Below are positions 28,601 through 43,600 of a stretch of 64,000 nt of DNA, piece by piece. The notes under the pieces are model-generated. The model was not told the DNA's origin and searched no databases. It saw only the letters and a list, made by a program, of their open reading frames with translations. Each line of letters starts with the position of its first letter. Position 1 is the first letter of the stretch. Position numbers and translations under genes: made by a program. Origin of the DNA: the human T2T-CHM13v2.0 reference genome, Homo sapiens; NCBI RefSeq assembly GCF_009914755.1, contig NC_060948.1; one strand, given 5' to 3'.

Positions 28601-31600
28601 AATAGAACAGAATGGAATCAAATCGAATGAAATGGAATGGAATAGAAAGGAATGGAATGAAATGGAATGGAAAGGATTCGAATGGAATGCAATCGAATGG
28701 AATGGAATCGAACGGAATGGAATAAAATGGAAGAAAACTGGCAAGAAATGGAATCGAAATGAATGGAGTGTTATGGAACGGACTCAAAAGGAATTGAATG
28801 TAATAGAATGGAGTGGAGTGGACTCGAATATAATGGACTGGAATGGAATGAAATCACATGGAATGGGAACGAATGGAATGGAATGTAAAGGAATGGAATC
28901 GAATGGAAAGGAATCGAATGGAAGGGAATGAAATTGAATCAACAGGAATGGAAGGGAATAGAATAGACGGTAATGGAATGGACTCGAATAGAATGGACAC
29001 GAATGCTCAAATTGAATGGACTCGAATGGAATGGAAACGAAAGGAATGTCATCGAATGGAATTGAATCGATTGGAATGAAATCGCATAGAATGGAGTGGA
29101 ATCAAATGGAATTGAATCGAAAGGAAAGGAAGCGAATGGACTGAAATGAAATGGAATGGAATTGAATGGAAAGTAATGCAATGGAATAGAATGGAACGAA
29201 ATTTCACGGAATGGAATCAAACTGAATGGAATCCAATCAAATGGAATGGAAAGGAATTGAATGGAGTAGATTGGATTGGATGGGATTGGAATGAAATGTA
29301 CTGGAAAGGACTCGAATTTCATGAAACGGAATGGAATGAATTGGAACGGAATGGACTCGAATGGAATGGAATGTCATGGGATGGCATCAAATGGAATGGC
29401 ATCAAATGGAATGGAATCGAATGCAATGGAATGCTATGGAATGGAATGGAATGCATTGGAATGGAATGTCCTCTAATGGAATGCATTCGAGTGGAATGGA
29501 ATTGAATATAATGGAGTCGAATGAAATGGAATTGAAAGGAATGGGATCGAATACAATGGAATATACTGGAATGTAACGTAATGAACTCGAATGTAATTGA
29601 CTGGAATGGAATGTACATGAATGGAATGTAATCGAATGGAAAGTAATCCAATGGAATAGAATCTAATGCAATAAAATCGACTCAGATAGAGTAGAATGTA
29701 ATGGAATGGAGTGCAGTGCAATGGAATGGAATGGAATGGAATGCAATGGAATGGAATGGAATGGAATGGAATGGAATGGAATGGAATGGGATGGAATGGT
29801 ATGGAATGGATAGTAATGGACTGGAGTGAAATGGACTGGAAAGGAATGGACTCAAATTGAAAGGTCTCGAAAGGAATGGAGTCAAATGGAATGGTCTGGA
29901 ATGGAATGAACACGAATGTAATGCAACCCAATAGAATGGAATCGAATGGCATGGAATATAAAGAAATGGAATCGAAGAGAATGGAAACAAATGGAATGGA
30001 ATTGAATGGAATGGAATTGAATGGAATGGGAACGAATGGAGTGAAATTGTATGCAGTAGAAGAGAATAGAATGGAATGCAAGCGAAAGGAAAGGAATGGA
30101 TTGGAATGGAATGGAATTCATTGGAATGGAAGGGAATGTAGTGTAATGGACAGGCCTGGAATAAAGTGGAATGCTACGGTCTCGAATGGAATAAAAATGT
30201 ATGGAATGGAATGCAATGAAACGGAATCGAATGTCATAGAATGTAATGGAATGCAAAAAAATGGAATCCAAAATCATTGACTGGAAAGGCTGGGTGTCGA
30301 AAGGAATTGACTCCAATGGAATGGAATCGAATGGAATGGAAGTGAATAGAATCGAACTAAATCGAATGGAATGGAATTGATAGGAACGGAATGGAAAGGA
30401 ATGCAATGATTTGGCATGGAATGGAATCGAATGGCATCGAATGGAATGGAATGGAATGCAATGGAATGGAATGTATTAGAATGTAATGAACTTTAATGGA
30501 ATGTACTCGAATGGATTCGACTGGAATGGAATGTTCTGGAAGTGAATGGACTCCAATGGAATGGATTCAAAAGGAATGGAATCGTACGGAATGGAATCTA
30601 ATGGAATGGAATTAAATGGAAATGAATCAAACTGAATAGCACGGAATTGAATTGAATGGAATGGAATGCAATGGAATCTAATGAAACGGAAAGGAAAGGA
30701 ATGGAATGGAATGGAATGGGCTGGAATGGAAAGGAATCGAAACGAATGGAATGGAATCGAACTGAAGAGACTGGAACGGAATGCACTGGAATGGAAGGGA
30801 GTGTAATGGAAGGTTCTCGAAAAAAATGGAATCGAATGGAATGGAATTGAATGGAACGGAATAGAGTCGAATGGAATTGAATGGAATGGAATGGACTAGA
30901 GTGAAATGGAATCGAACCACAAGGAATGGACAGGAATAGAATGGTCTCGAATTGAATGGAATCGTATGGAATGGCATCAAACGGAATGGAATGGACAGCC
31001 ACGGAATGGAATGCACTCGAATGCAATGGAGTCGAAACTAACGGACTGGAATAGAATGGACTCGACTGGTACGGACTCCAATGGAATGGAATCGAATGGA
31101 AGGGAATCGAACGGAAGGGAATCGAACGGAATGGACTCGAAGGGAAAAGACTGCAATGGAAAGGTCTCGAATGGAATGGAAATTAATGGAATGGAATGGA
31201 GTCGAATGAAATGGAGTCAAAAGGAATGGAATCGAATGGCAAGAAATCGAATGTAATGGAATCGCAAGGAATTGATGTGAACGGAACGGAATGGAATGGA
31301 ATCCAAAGGAATGGAATAGAATGGAATGGAATCGAATGGAAAGGACTCGAATGGAAATCACTCGAATAGAATGCAATTTAATAAAATAGGATCAAATGTA
31401 ATGGAATGGAATGGAAAGGAATCGAAACGAAAGGAATGGAGACAGATGGAATGGAATGGAACAGAGAGCAATGGTATAGAATGGAATGGAATCATCTGGA
31501 ATGGAATTGAATGGAATGGAATAATATGAAATGGAATGGAATGGAATGGAATGGAATGCCCTTGAATTAAATGGACTGGAATGGAATGGACTCAAACAGA

Positions 31601-34600
31601 GTGGAATGGAAAGTGTGGAGATAGAATGGAATGAACTCCTTCGGAATGGTCTAGTAGGCAATGCAATCGACTGGCAGGGAATCAAAAGGAATGTAATCGA
31701 ATGGATTGGACTGGAATGCAATGGACTCGAATAGATTGGAAACGGAATGCAAAGAATGGAATGGAATAGTATGGAATGGAATGGAAAGGAATGGAGTGGA
31801 ACAGACTAGAGTGGAATGGAATGGACTGGAAAGCAATGGACTGGAATGGAACTTTCTTGAATGGACTGGAATCAAACGGAATGGAATGCAATGCAATCAA
31901 ATGGCATGGAATAAAATAGAATGAAAGAGAATCAAATGGAATTGAATCGAATGGAATCGAATGGATTGGAAAGGAATAGAATGGAATGGAATGGAATTGA
32001 CTCAAATGGAATGGACTAGAATGGAATGGATTCGAATGGAAGGCAAAGGAATGGAATCTATTGGAATGGACTGTAATGGAATGGAATGGAAGGGATTGGA
32101 ATGGACTCGAATGGAATGGACTGCAATAGAAAGGATTCGAATGGAATGAAAAAGAATTGAATGGAATAGAACAGAATGGAATCAAATCGAATGAAATGGA
32201 ATGGAATAGAAAGGAATGGAATGAAATGGAATGGAAAGGATTCGAATGGAATGCAATCGAATGGAATGGAATCGAACGGAATGGAATAAAATGGAAGAAA
32301 ACTGGCAAGAAATGGAATCGAAATGAATGGAGTGTTATGGAACGGACTCAAAAGGAATTGAATGTAATAGAATGGAGTGGAGTGGACTCGAATATAATGG
32401 ACTGGAATGGAATGAAATCACATGGAATGGGAACGAATGGAATGGAATGTAAAGGAATGGAATCGAATGGAAAGGAATCGAATGGAAGGTAATGAAATTG
32501 AATCAACAGGAATGGAAGGGAATAGAATAGACGGTAATGGAATGGACTCGAATAGAATGGACACGAATGCTCAAATTGAATGGACTCGAATGGAATGGAA
32601 ACGAAAGGAATGTCATCGAATGGAATTGAATCGATTGGAATGAAATCGCATAGAATGGAGTGGAATCAAATGGAATTGAATCGAAAGGAAAGGAAGCGAA
32701 TGGACTGAAATGAAATGGAATGGAATTGAATGGAAAGTAATGCAATGGAATAGAATGGAACGAAATTTCACGGAATGGAATCAAACTGAATGGAATCCAA
32801 TCAAATGGAATGGAAAGGAATTGAATGGAGTAGATTGGATTGGATGGGATTGGAATGAAATGTACTGGAAAGGACTCGAATTTCATGAAACGGAATGGAA
32901 TGAATTGGAACGGAATGGACTCGAATGGAATGGAATGTCATGGGATGGCATCAAATGGAATGGCATCAAATGGAATGGAATCGAATGCAATGGAATGCTA
33001 TGGAATGGAATGGAATGCATTGGAATGGAATGTCCTCTAATGGAATGCATTCGAGTGGAATGGAATTGAATATAATGGAGTCGAATGAAATGGAATTGAA
33101 AGGAATGGGATCGAATACAATGGAATATACTGGAATGTAACGTAATGAACTCGAATGTAATTGACTGGAATGGAATGTACATGAATGGAATGTAATCGAA
33201 TGGAAAGTAATCCAATGGAATAGAATCTAATGCAATAAAATCGACTCAGATAGAGTAGAATGTAATGGAATGGAGTGCAGTGCAATGGAATGGAATGGAA
33301 TGGAATGCAATGGAATGGAATGGAATGGAATGGAATGGAATGGAATGGGATGGAATGGTATGGAATGGATAGTAATGGACTGGAGTGAAATGGACTGGAA
33401 AGGAATGGACTCAAATTGAAAGGGCTCGAAAGGAATGGAGTCAAATGGAATGGTCTGGAATGGAATGAACACGAATGTAATGCAACCCAATAGAATGGAA
33501 TCGAATGGCATGGAATATAAAGAAATGGAATCGAAGAGAATGGAAACAAATGGAATGGAATTGAATGGAATGGAATTGAATGGAATGGGAACGAATGGAG
33601 TGAAATTGTATGCAGTAGAAGAGAATAGAATGGAATGCAAGCGAAAGGAAAGGAATGGATTGGAATGGAATGGAATTCATTGGAATGGAAGGGAATGTAG
33701 TGTAATGGACAGGCCTGGAATAAAGTGGAATGCTACGGTCTCGAATGGAATAAAAATGTATGGAATGGAATGCAATGAAACGGAATCGAATGTCATAGAA
33801 TGTAATGGAATGCAAAAAAATGGAATCCAAAATCATTGACTGGAAAGGCTGGGTGTCGAAAGGAATTGACTCCAATGGAATGGAATCGAATGGAATGGAA
33901 GTGAATAGAATCGAACTAAATCGAATGGAATGGAATTGATAGGAACGGAATGGAAAGGAATGCAATGATTTGGCATGGAATGGAATCGAATGGCATCGAA
34001 TGGAATGGAATGGAATGCAATGGAATGGAATGTATTAGAATGTAATGAACTTTAATGGAATGTACTCGAATGGATTCGACTGGAATGGAATGTTCTGGAA
34101 GTGAATGGACTCCAATGGAATGGATTCAAAAGGAATGGAATCGTACGGAATGGAATCTAATGGAATGGAATTAAATGGAAATGAATCAAATTGAATAGCA
34201 CGGAATTGAATTGAATGGAATCGAATGCAATGGAATCTAATGAAACGGAAAGGAAAGGAATGGAATGGAATGGAATGGGCTGGAATGGAAAGGAATCGAA
34301 ACGAATGGAATGGAATCGAAGTGAAGAGACTGCAATGGAATGCACTGGAATGGAAGGGAGTGTAATGGAAGGTTCTCGAAAAAAATGGAATCGAATGGAA
34401 TGGAATTGAATGGAACGGAATAGAGTCGAATGGAATTGAATGGAATGGAATGGACTAGAGTGAAGTGGAATCGAACCACAAGGAATGGAGAGGAATAGAA
34501 TGGTCTCGAATTGAATGGAATCGTATGGAATGGCATCAAACGGAATGGAATGGACAGCCACGGAATGGAATGCACTCGAATGCAATGGAGTCGAAACTAA

Positions 34601-37600
34601 CGGACTGGAATAGAATGGACTCGACTGGTACGGACTCCAATGGAATGGAATCGAATGGAAGGGAATCGAACGGAAGGGAATCGAAAGGAATGGACTCGAA
34701 GGGAAAAGACTGCAATGGAAAGGTCTCGAATGGAATGGAAATTAATGGAATGGAATGGAGTCGAATGAAATGGAGTCAAAAGGAATGGAATCGAATGGCA
34801 AGAAATCGAATGTAATGGAATCGCAAGGAATTGATGTGAACGGAACGGAATGGAATGGAATCCAAAGGAATGGAATAGAATGGAATGGAATCGAATGGAA
34901 AGGACTCGAATGGAAATCACTCGAATAGAATGCAATTTAATAAAATAGGATCAAATGTAATGGAATGGAATGGAAAGGAATCGAAACGAAAGGAATGGAG
35001 ACAGATGGAATGGAATGGAACAGAGAGCAATGGTATAGAATGGAATGGAATCATCTGGAATGGAATTGAATGGAATGGAATAATATGAAATGGAATGGAA
35101 TGGAATGGAATGGAATGCCCTTGAATTAAATGGACTGGAATGGAATGGACTCAAACAGAGTGGAATGGAAAGTGTGGAGATAGAATGGAATGAACTCCTT
35201 CGGAATGGTCTAGTAGGCAATGCAATCGACTGGCAGGGAATCAAAAGGAATGTAATCGAATGGATTGGACTGGAATGCAATGGACTCGAATAGATTGGAA
35301 ACGGAATGCAAAGAATGGAATGGAATAGTATGGAATGGAATGGAAAGGAATGGAGTGGAACAGACTAGAGTGGAATGGAATGGACTGGAAAGCAATGGAC
35401 TGGAATGGAACTTTCTTGAATGGACTGGAATCAAACGGAATGGAATGCAATGCAATCAAATGGCATGGAATAAAATAGAATGAAAGAGAATCAAATGGAA
35501 TTGAATCGAATGGAATCGAATGGATTGGAAAGGAATAGAATGGAATGGAATGGAATTGACTCAAATGGAATGGACTAGAATGGAATGGATTCGAATGGAA
35601 GGCAAAGGAATGGAATCTATTGGAATGGACTGTAATGGAATGGAATGGAAGGGATTGGAATGGACTCGAATGGAATGGACTGCAATAGAAAGGATTCGAA
35701 TGGAATGAAAAAGAATTGAATGGAATAGAACAGAATGGAATCAAATCGAATGAAATGGAATGGAATAGAAAGGAATGGAATGAAATGGAATGGAAAGGAT
35801 TCGAATGGAATGCAATCGAATGGAATGGAATCGAACGGAATGGAATAAAATGGAAGAAAACTGGCAAGAAATGGAATCGAAATGAATGGAGTGTTATGGA
35901 ACGGACTCAAAAGGAATTGAATGTAATAGAATGGAGTGGAGTGGACTCGAATATAATGGACTGGAATGGAATGAAATCACATGGAATGGGAACGAATGGA
36001 ATGGAATGGAAAGGAATGGAATCGAATGGAAAGGAATCGAATGGAAGGGAATGAAATTGAATCAACAGGAATGGAAGGGAATAGAATAGACGGTAATGGA
36101 ATGGACTCGAATAGAATGGACACGCATGCTCAAATTAAATGGACTCGAATGGAATGGAAACGAAAGGAATGTCATCGAATGGAATTGAATCGATTGGAAT
36201 GAAATCGCATAGAATGGAGTGGAATCAAATGGAATTGAATCGAAAGGAAAGGAAGCGAATGGACTGAAATGAAATGGAATGGAATTGAATGGAAAGTAAT
36301 GCAATGGAATAGAATGGAACGAAATTTCACGGAATGGAATCAAACTGAATGGAATCAAATCAATGGAATCAAATCAAATGGAATGGAAAGGAATTGAATG
36401 GAGTAGATGGGATTGGATGGGATTGGAATGAAATGTACTGGAAAGGACTCGAATTTCATGAAACGGAATGGAATGAATTGGAACGGAATGGACTCGAATG
36501 GAATGGAATGTCATGGAATGGCATCAAATGGAATGGCATCAAATGGAATGGAATCGAATGCAATGGAATGCTATGGAATGGAATGGAATGCATTGGAATG
36601 GAATGTCCTCTAATGGAATGGATTCGAGTGGAATGGAATCGAATATAATGGAGTCGAATGAAATGGAATTGAAAGGAATGGGATCGAATACAATGGAATA
36701 TACTGGAATGTAATGTAATGAACTGGAATGTAATTGACTGGAATGGAATGTACATGAATGGAATGTAATCGAATGGAAAGTAATCCAATGGAATAGAATC
36801 TAATGCAATAAAATCGATTCAGATAGAGTAGAATGTAATGGAATGGAGTGCAGTGCAATGGAATGGAATGGAATGGAATGCAATGGAATGGAATGGAATG
36901 GAATGGAATGGAATGGGATGGGATGGAATGGTATGGAATGGATAGTAATGGACTGGAGTGAAATGGACTGGAAAGGAATGTACTCAAATTGAAAGGGCTC
37001 GAAAGAAATGGAGACAAATGGAATGGTCTGGAATGGAATGAACACGAATGTAATGCAATCCAATAGAATGGAATCGAATGGCATGGAATATAAAGAAATG
37101 GAATCGAAGAGAATGGAAACAAATGGAATGGAATTGAATGGAATGGAATTGAATGGAATGCGAACGAATAGAGTGAAAGTGTATGCAGTAGAAGGGAATA
37201 GAATGGAATGCAAGCGAAAGGAAAGAATGGATTGGAATGGAATGGAATTCATTGGAATGGAAGGGAATGTAGTGTAATGGACAGGCCTGGAATAAAGTGG
37301 AATGCTACGGTCTTGAATGGAATAAAAATGCATGGAATGGAATGCAATGAAACGGAATCGAATGTCATAGAATGTAATGGAATGCAAAAAAATGGAATCC
37401 AAAATCATTGACTGGAAAGGCTGGGTGTCGAAAGGAATTGACTCCAATGGAATGGAATCGAATGGAATGGAAGAGAATAGAATCGAACTAAATCGAATGG
37501 AATGGAATTGATAGGAACGGAATGGAAAGGAATGCAATGATTTGGCACGGAATGGAATCGAATGGCATCGAATGGAATGGAATGGAATGCAATGGAATGG

Positions 37601-40600
37601 AATGTATTAGAATGTAATGAACTTTAATGGAATGTACTCGAATGGATTCGACTGGAATGGAATGTTCTGGAAGTGAATGGACTCCAATGGAATGGATTCA
37701 AAAGGAATGGAATCGTACGGAATGGAATCTAATGGAATGGAATTAAATGGAAATGAATCAAACTGAATAGCACGGAATTGAATTGAATGGAATGGAATGC
37801 AATGGAATCTAATGAAACGGAAAGGAAAGGAATGGAATGGAATGGAATGGGCTGGAATGGAAAGGAATCGAAACGAATGGAATGGAATCGAACTGAAGAG
37901 ACTGGAACGGAATGCACTGGAATGGAAGGGAGTGTAATGGAAGGTTCTCGAAAAAAATGGAATCGAATGGAATGGAATTGAATGGAACGGAATAGAGTCG
38001 AATGGAATTGAATGGAATGGAATGGACTAGAGTGAAATGGAATCGAACCACAAGGAATGGACAGGAATAGAATGGTCTCGAATTGAATGGAATCGTATGG
38101 AATGGCATCAAACGGAATGGAATGGACAGCCACGGAATGGAATGCACTCGAATGCAATGGAGTCGAAACTAACGGACTGGAATAGAATGGACTCGACTGG
38201 TACGGACTCCAATGGAATGGAATCGAATGGAAGGGAATCGAACGGAAGGGAATCGAACGGAATGGACTCGAAGGGAAAAGACTGCAATGGAAAGGTCTCG
38301 AATGGAATGGAAATTAATGGAATGGAATGGAGTCGAATGAAATGGAGTCAAAAGGAATGGAATCGAATGGCAAGAAATCGAATGTAATGGAATCGCAAGG
38401 AATTGATGTGAACGGAACGGAATGGAATGGAATCCAAAGGAATGGAATAGAATGGAATGGAATCGAATGGAAAGGACTCGAATGGAAATCACTCGAATAG
38501 AATGCAATTTAATAAAATAGGATCAAATGTAATGGAATGGAATGGAAAGGAATCGAAACGAAAGGAATGGAGACAGATGGAATGGAATGGAACAGAGAGC
38601 AATGGTATAGAATGGAATGGAATCATCTGGAATGGAATTGAATGGAATGGAATAATATGAAATGGAATGGAATGGAATGGAATGGAATGCCCTTGAATTA
38701 AATGGACTGGAATGGAATGGACTCAAACAGAGTGGAATGGAAAGTGTGGAGATAGAATGGAATGAACTCCTTCGGAATGGTCTAGTAGGCAATGCAATCG
38801 ACTGGCAGGGAATCAAAAGGAATGTAATCGAATGGATTGGACTGGAATGCAATGGACTCGAATAGATTGGAAACGGAATGCAAAGAATGGAATGGAATAG
38901 TATGGAATGGAATGGAAAGGAATGGAGTGGAACAGACTAGAGTGGAATGGAATGGACTGGAAAGCAATGGACTGGAATGGAACTTTCTTGAATGGACTGG
39001 AATCAAACGGAATGGAATGCAATGCAATCAAATGGCATGGAATAAAATAGAATGAAAGAGAATCAAATGGAATTGAATCGAATGGAATCGAATGGATTGG
39101 AAAGGAATAGAATGGAATGGAATGGAATTGACTCAAATGGAATGGACTAGAATGGAATGGATTCGAATGGAAGGCAAAGGAATGGAATCTATTGGAATGG
39201 ACTGTAATGGAATGGAATGGAAGGGATTGGAATGGACTCGAATGGAATGGACTGCAATAGAAAGGATTCGAATGGAATGAAAAAGAATTGAATGGAATAG
39301 AACAGAATGGAATCAAATCGAATGAAATGGAATGGAATAGAAAGGAATGGAATGAAATGGAATGGAAAGGATTCGAATGGAATGCAATCGAATGGAATGG
39401 AATCGAACGGAATGGAATAAAATGGAAGAAAACTGGCAAGAAATGGAATCGAAATGAATGGAGTGTTATGGAACGGACTCAAAAGGAATTGAATGTAATA
39501 GAATGGAGTGGAGTGGACTCGAATATAATGGACTGGAATGGAATGAAATCACATGGAATGGGAACGAATGGAATGGAATGTAAAGGAATGGAATCGAATG
39601 GAAAGGAATCGAATGGAAGGGAATGAAATTGAATCAACAGGAATGGAAGGGAATAGAATAGACGGTAATGGAATGGACTCGAATAGAATGGACACGAATG
39701 CTCAAATTGAATGGACTCGAATGGAATGGAAACGAAAGGAATGTCATCGAATGGAATTGAATCGATTGGAATGAAATCGCATAGAATGGAGTGGAATCAA
39801 ATGGAATTGAATCGAAAGGAAAGGAAGCGAATGGACTGAAATGAAATGGAATGGAATTGAATGGAAAGTAATGCAATGGAATAGAATGGAACGAAATTTC
39901 ACGGAATGGAATCAAACTGAATGGAATCCAATCAAATGGAATGGAAAGGAATTGAATGGAGTAGATTGGATTGGATGGGATTGGAATGAAATGTACTGGA
40001 AAGGACTCGAATTTCATGAAACGGAATGGAATGAATTGGAACGGAATGGACTCGAATGGAATGGAATGTCATGGGATGGCATCAAATGGAATGGCATCAA
40101 ATGGAATGGAATCGAATGCAATGGAATGCTATGGAATGGAATGGAATGCATTGGAATGGAATGTCCTCTAATGGAATGCATTCGAGTGGAATGGAATTGA
40201 ATATAATGGAGTCGAATGAAATGGAATTGAAAGGAATGGGATCGAATACAATGGAATATACTGGAATGTAACGTAATGAACTCGAATGTAATTGACTGGA
40301 ATGGAATGTACATGAATGGAATGTAATCGAATGGAAAGTAATCCAATGGAATAGAATCTAATGCAATAAAATCGACTCAGATAGAGTAGAATGTAATGGA
40401 ATGGAGTGCAGTGCAATGGAATGGAATGGAATGGAATGCAATGGAATGGAATGGAATGGAATGGAATGGAATGGAATGGAATGGGATGGAATGGTATGGA
40501 ATGGATAGTAATGGACTGGAGTGAAATGGACTGGAAAGGAATGGACTCAAATTGAAAGGTCTCGAAAGGAATGGAGTCAAATGGAATGGTCTGGAATGGA

Positions 40601-43600
40601 ATGAACACGAATGTAATGCAACCCAATAGAATGGAATCGAATGGCATGGAATATAAAGAAATGGAATCGAAGAGAATGGAAACAAATGGAATGGAATTGA
40701 ATGGAATGGAATTGAATGGAATGGGAACGAATGGAGTGAAATTGTATGCAGTAGAAGAGAATAGAATGGAATGCAAGCGAAAGGAAAGGAATGGATTGGA
40801 ATGGAATGGAATTCATTGGAATGGAAGGGAATGTAGTGTAATGGACAGGCCTGGAATAAAGTGGAATGCTACGGTCTCGAATGGAATAAAAATGTATGGA
40901 ATGGAATGCAATGAAACGGAATCGAATGTCATAGAATGTAATGGAATGCAAAAAAATGGAATCCAAAATCATTGACTGGAAAGGCTGGGTGTCGAAAGGA
41001 ATTGACTCCAATGGAATGGAATCGAATGGAATGGAAGTGAATAGAATCGAACTAAATCGAATGGAATGGAATTGATAGGAACGGAATGGAAAGGAATGCA
41101 ATGATTTGGCATGGAATGGAATCGAATGGCATCGAATGGAATGGAATGGAATGCAATGGAATGGAATGTATTAGAATGTAATGAACTTTAATGGAATGTA
41201 CTCGAATGGATTCGACTGGAATGGAATGTTCTGGAAGTGAATGGACTCCAATGGAATGGATTCAAAAGGAATGGAATCGTACGGAATGGAATCTAATGGA
41301 ATGGAATTAAATGGAAATGAATCAAATTGAATAGCACGGAATTGAATTGAATGGAATCGAATGCAATGGAATCTAATGAAACGGAAAGGAAAGGAATGGA
41401 ATGGAATGGAATGGGCTGGAATGGAAAGGAATCGAAACGAATGGAATGGAATCGAAGTGAAGAGACTGCAATGGAATGCACTGGAATGGAAGGGAGTGTA
41501 ATGGAAGGTTCTCGAAAAAAATGGAATCGAATGGAATGGAATTGAATGGAACGGAATAGAGTCGAATGGAATTGAATGGAATGGAATGGACTAGAGTGAA
41601 GTGGAATCGAACCACAAGGAATGGAGAGGAATAGAATGGTCTCGAATTGAATAGAATCGTATGGAATGGCATCAAACGGAATGGAATGGACAGCCACGGA
41701 ATGGAATGCACTCGAATGCAATGGAGTCGAAACTAACGGACTGGAATAGAATGGACTCGACTGGTACGGACTCCAATGGAATGGAATCGAATGGAAGGGA
41801 ATCGAACGGAAGGGAATCGAACGGAATGGACTCGAAGGGAAAAGACTGCAATGGAAAGGTCTCGAATGGAATGGAAATTAATGGAATGGAATGGAGTCGA
41901 ATGAAATGGAGTCAAAAGGAATGGAATCGAATGGCAAGAAATCGAATGTAATGGAATCGCAAGGAATTGATGTGAACGGAACGGAATGGAATGGAATCCA
42001 AAGGAATGGAATAGAATGGAATGGAATCGAATGGAAAGGACTCGAATGGAAATCACTCGAATAGAATGCAATTTAATAAAATAGGATCAAATGTAATGGA
42101 ATGGAATGGAAAGGAATCGAAACGAAAGGAATGGAGACAGATGGAATGGAATGGAACAGAGAGCAATGGTATAGAATGGAATGGAATCATCTGGAATGGA
42201 ATTGAATGGAATGGAATAATATGAAATGGAATGGAATGGAATGGAATGGAATGCCCTTGAATTAAATGGACTGGAATGGAATGGACTCAAACAGAGTGGA
42301 ATGGAAAGTGTGGAGATAGAATGGAATGAACTCCTTCGGAATGGTCTAGTAGGCAATGCAATCGACTGGCAGGGAATCAAAAGGAATGTAATCGAATGGA
42401 TTGGACTGGAATGCAATGGACTCGAATAGATTGGAAACGGAATGCAAAGAATGGAATGGAATAGTATGGAATGGAATGGAAAGGAATGGAGTGGAACAGA
42501 CTAGAGTGGAATGGAATGGACTGGAAAGCAATGGACTGGAATGGAACTTTCTTGAATGGACTGGAATCAAACGGAATGGAATGCAATGCAATCAAATGGC
42601 ATGGAATAAAATAGAATGAAAGAGAATCAAATGGAATTGAATCGAATGGAATCGAATGGATTGGAAAGGAATAGAATGGAATGGAATGGAATTGACTCAA
42701 ATGGAATGGACTAGAATGGAATGGATTCGAATGGAAGGCAAAGGAATGGAATCTATTGGAATGGACTGTAATGGAATGGAATGGAAGGGATTGGAATGGA
42801 CTCGAATGGAATGGACTGCAATAGAAAGGATTCGAATGGAATGAAAAAGAATTGAATGGAATAGAACAGAATGGAATCAAATCGAATGAAATGGAATGGA
42901 ATAGAAAGGAATGGAATGAAATGGAATGGAAAGGATTCGAATGGAATGCAATCGAATGGAATGGAATCGAACGGAATGGAATAAAATGGAAGAAAACTGG
43001 CAAGAAATGGAATCGAAATGAATGGAGTGTTATGGAACGGACTCAAAAGGAATTGAATGTAATAGAATGGAGTGGAGTGGACTCGAATATAATGGACTGG
43101 AATGGAATGAAATCACATGGAATGGGAACGAATGGAATGGAATGTAAAGGAATGGAATCGAATGGAAAGGAATCGAATGGAAGGGAATGAAATTGAATCA
43201 ACAGGAATGGAAGGGAATAGAATAGACGGTAATGGAATGGACTCGAATAGAATGGACACGAATGCTCAAATTGAATGGACTCGAATGGAATGGAAACGAA
43301 AGGAATGTCATCGAATGGAATTGAATCGATTGGAATGAAATCGCATAGAATGGAGTGGAATCAAATGGAATTGAATCGAAAGGAAAGGAAGCGAATGGAC
43401 TGAAATGAAATGGAATGGAATTGAATGGAAAGTAATGCAATGGAATAGAATGGAACGAAATTTCACGGAATGGAATCAAACTGAATGGAATCCAATCAAA
43501 TGGAATGGAAAGGAATTGAATGGAGTAGATTGGATTGGATGGGATTGGAATGAAATGTACTGGAAAGGACTCGAATTTCATGAAACGGAATGGAATGAAT

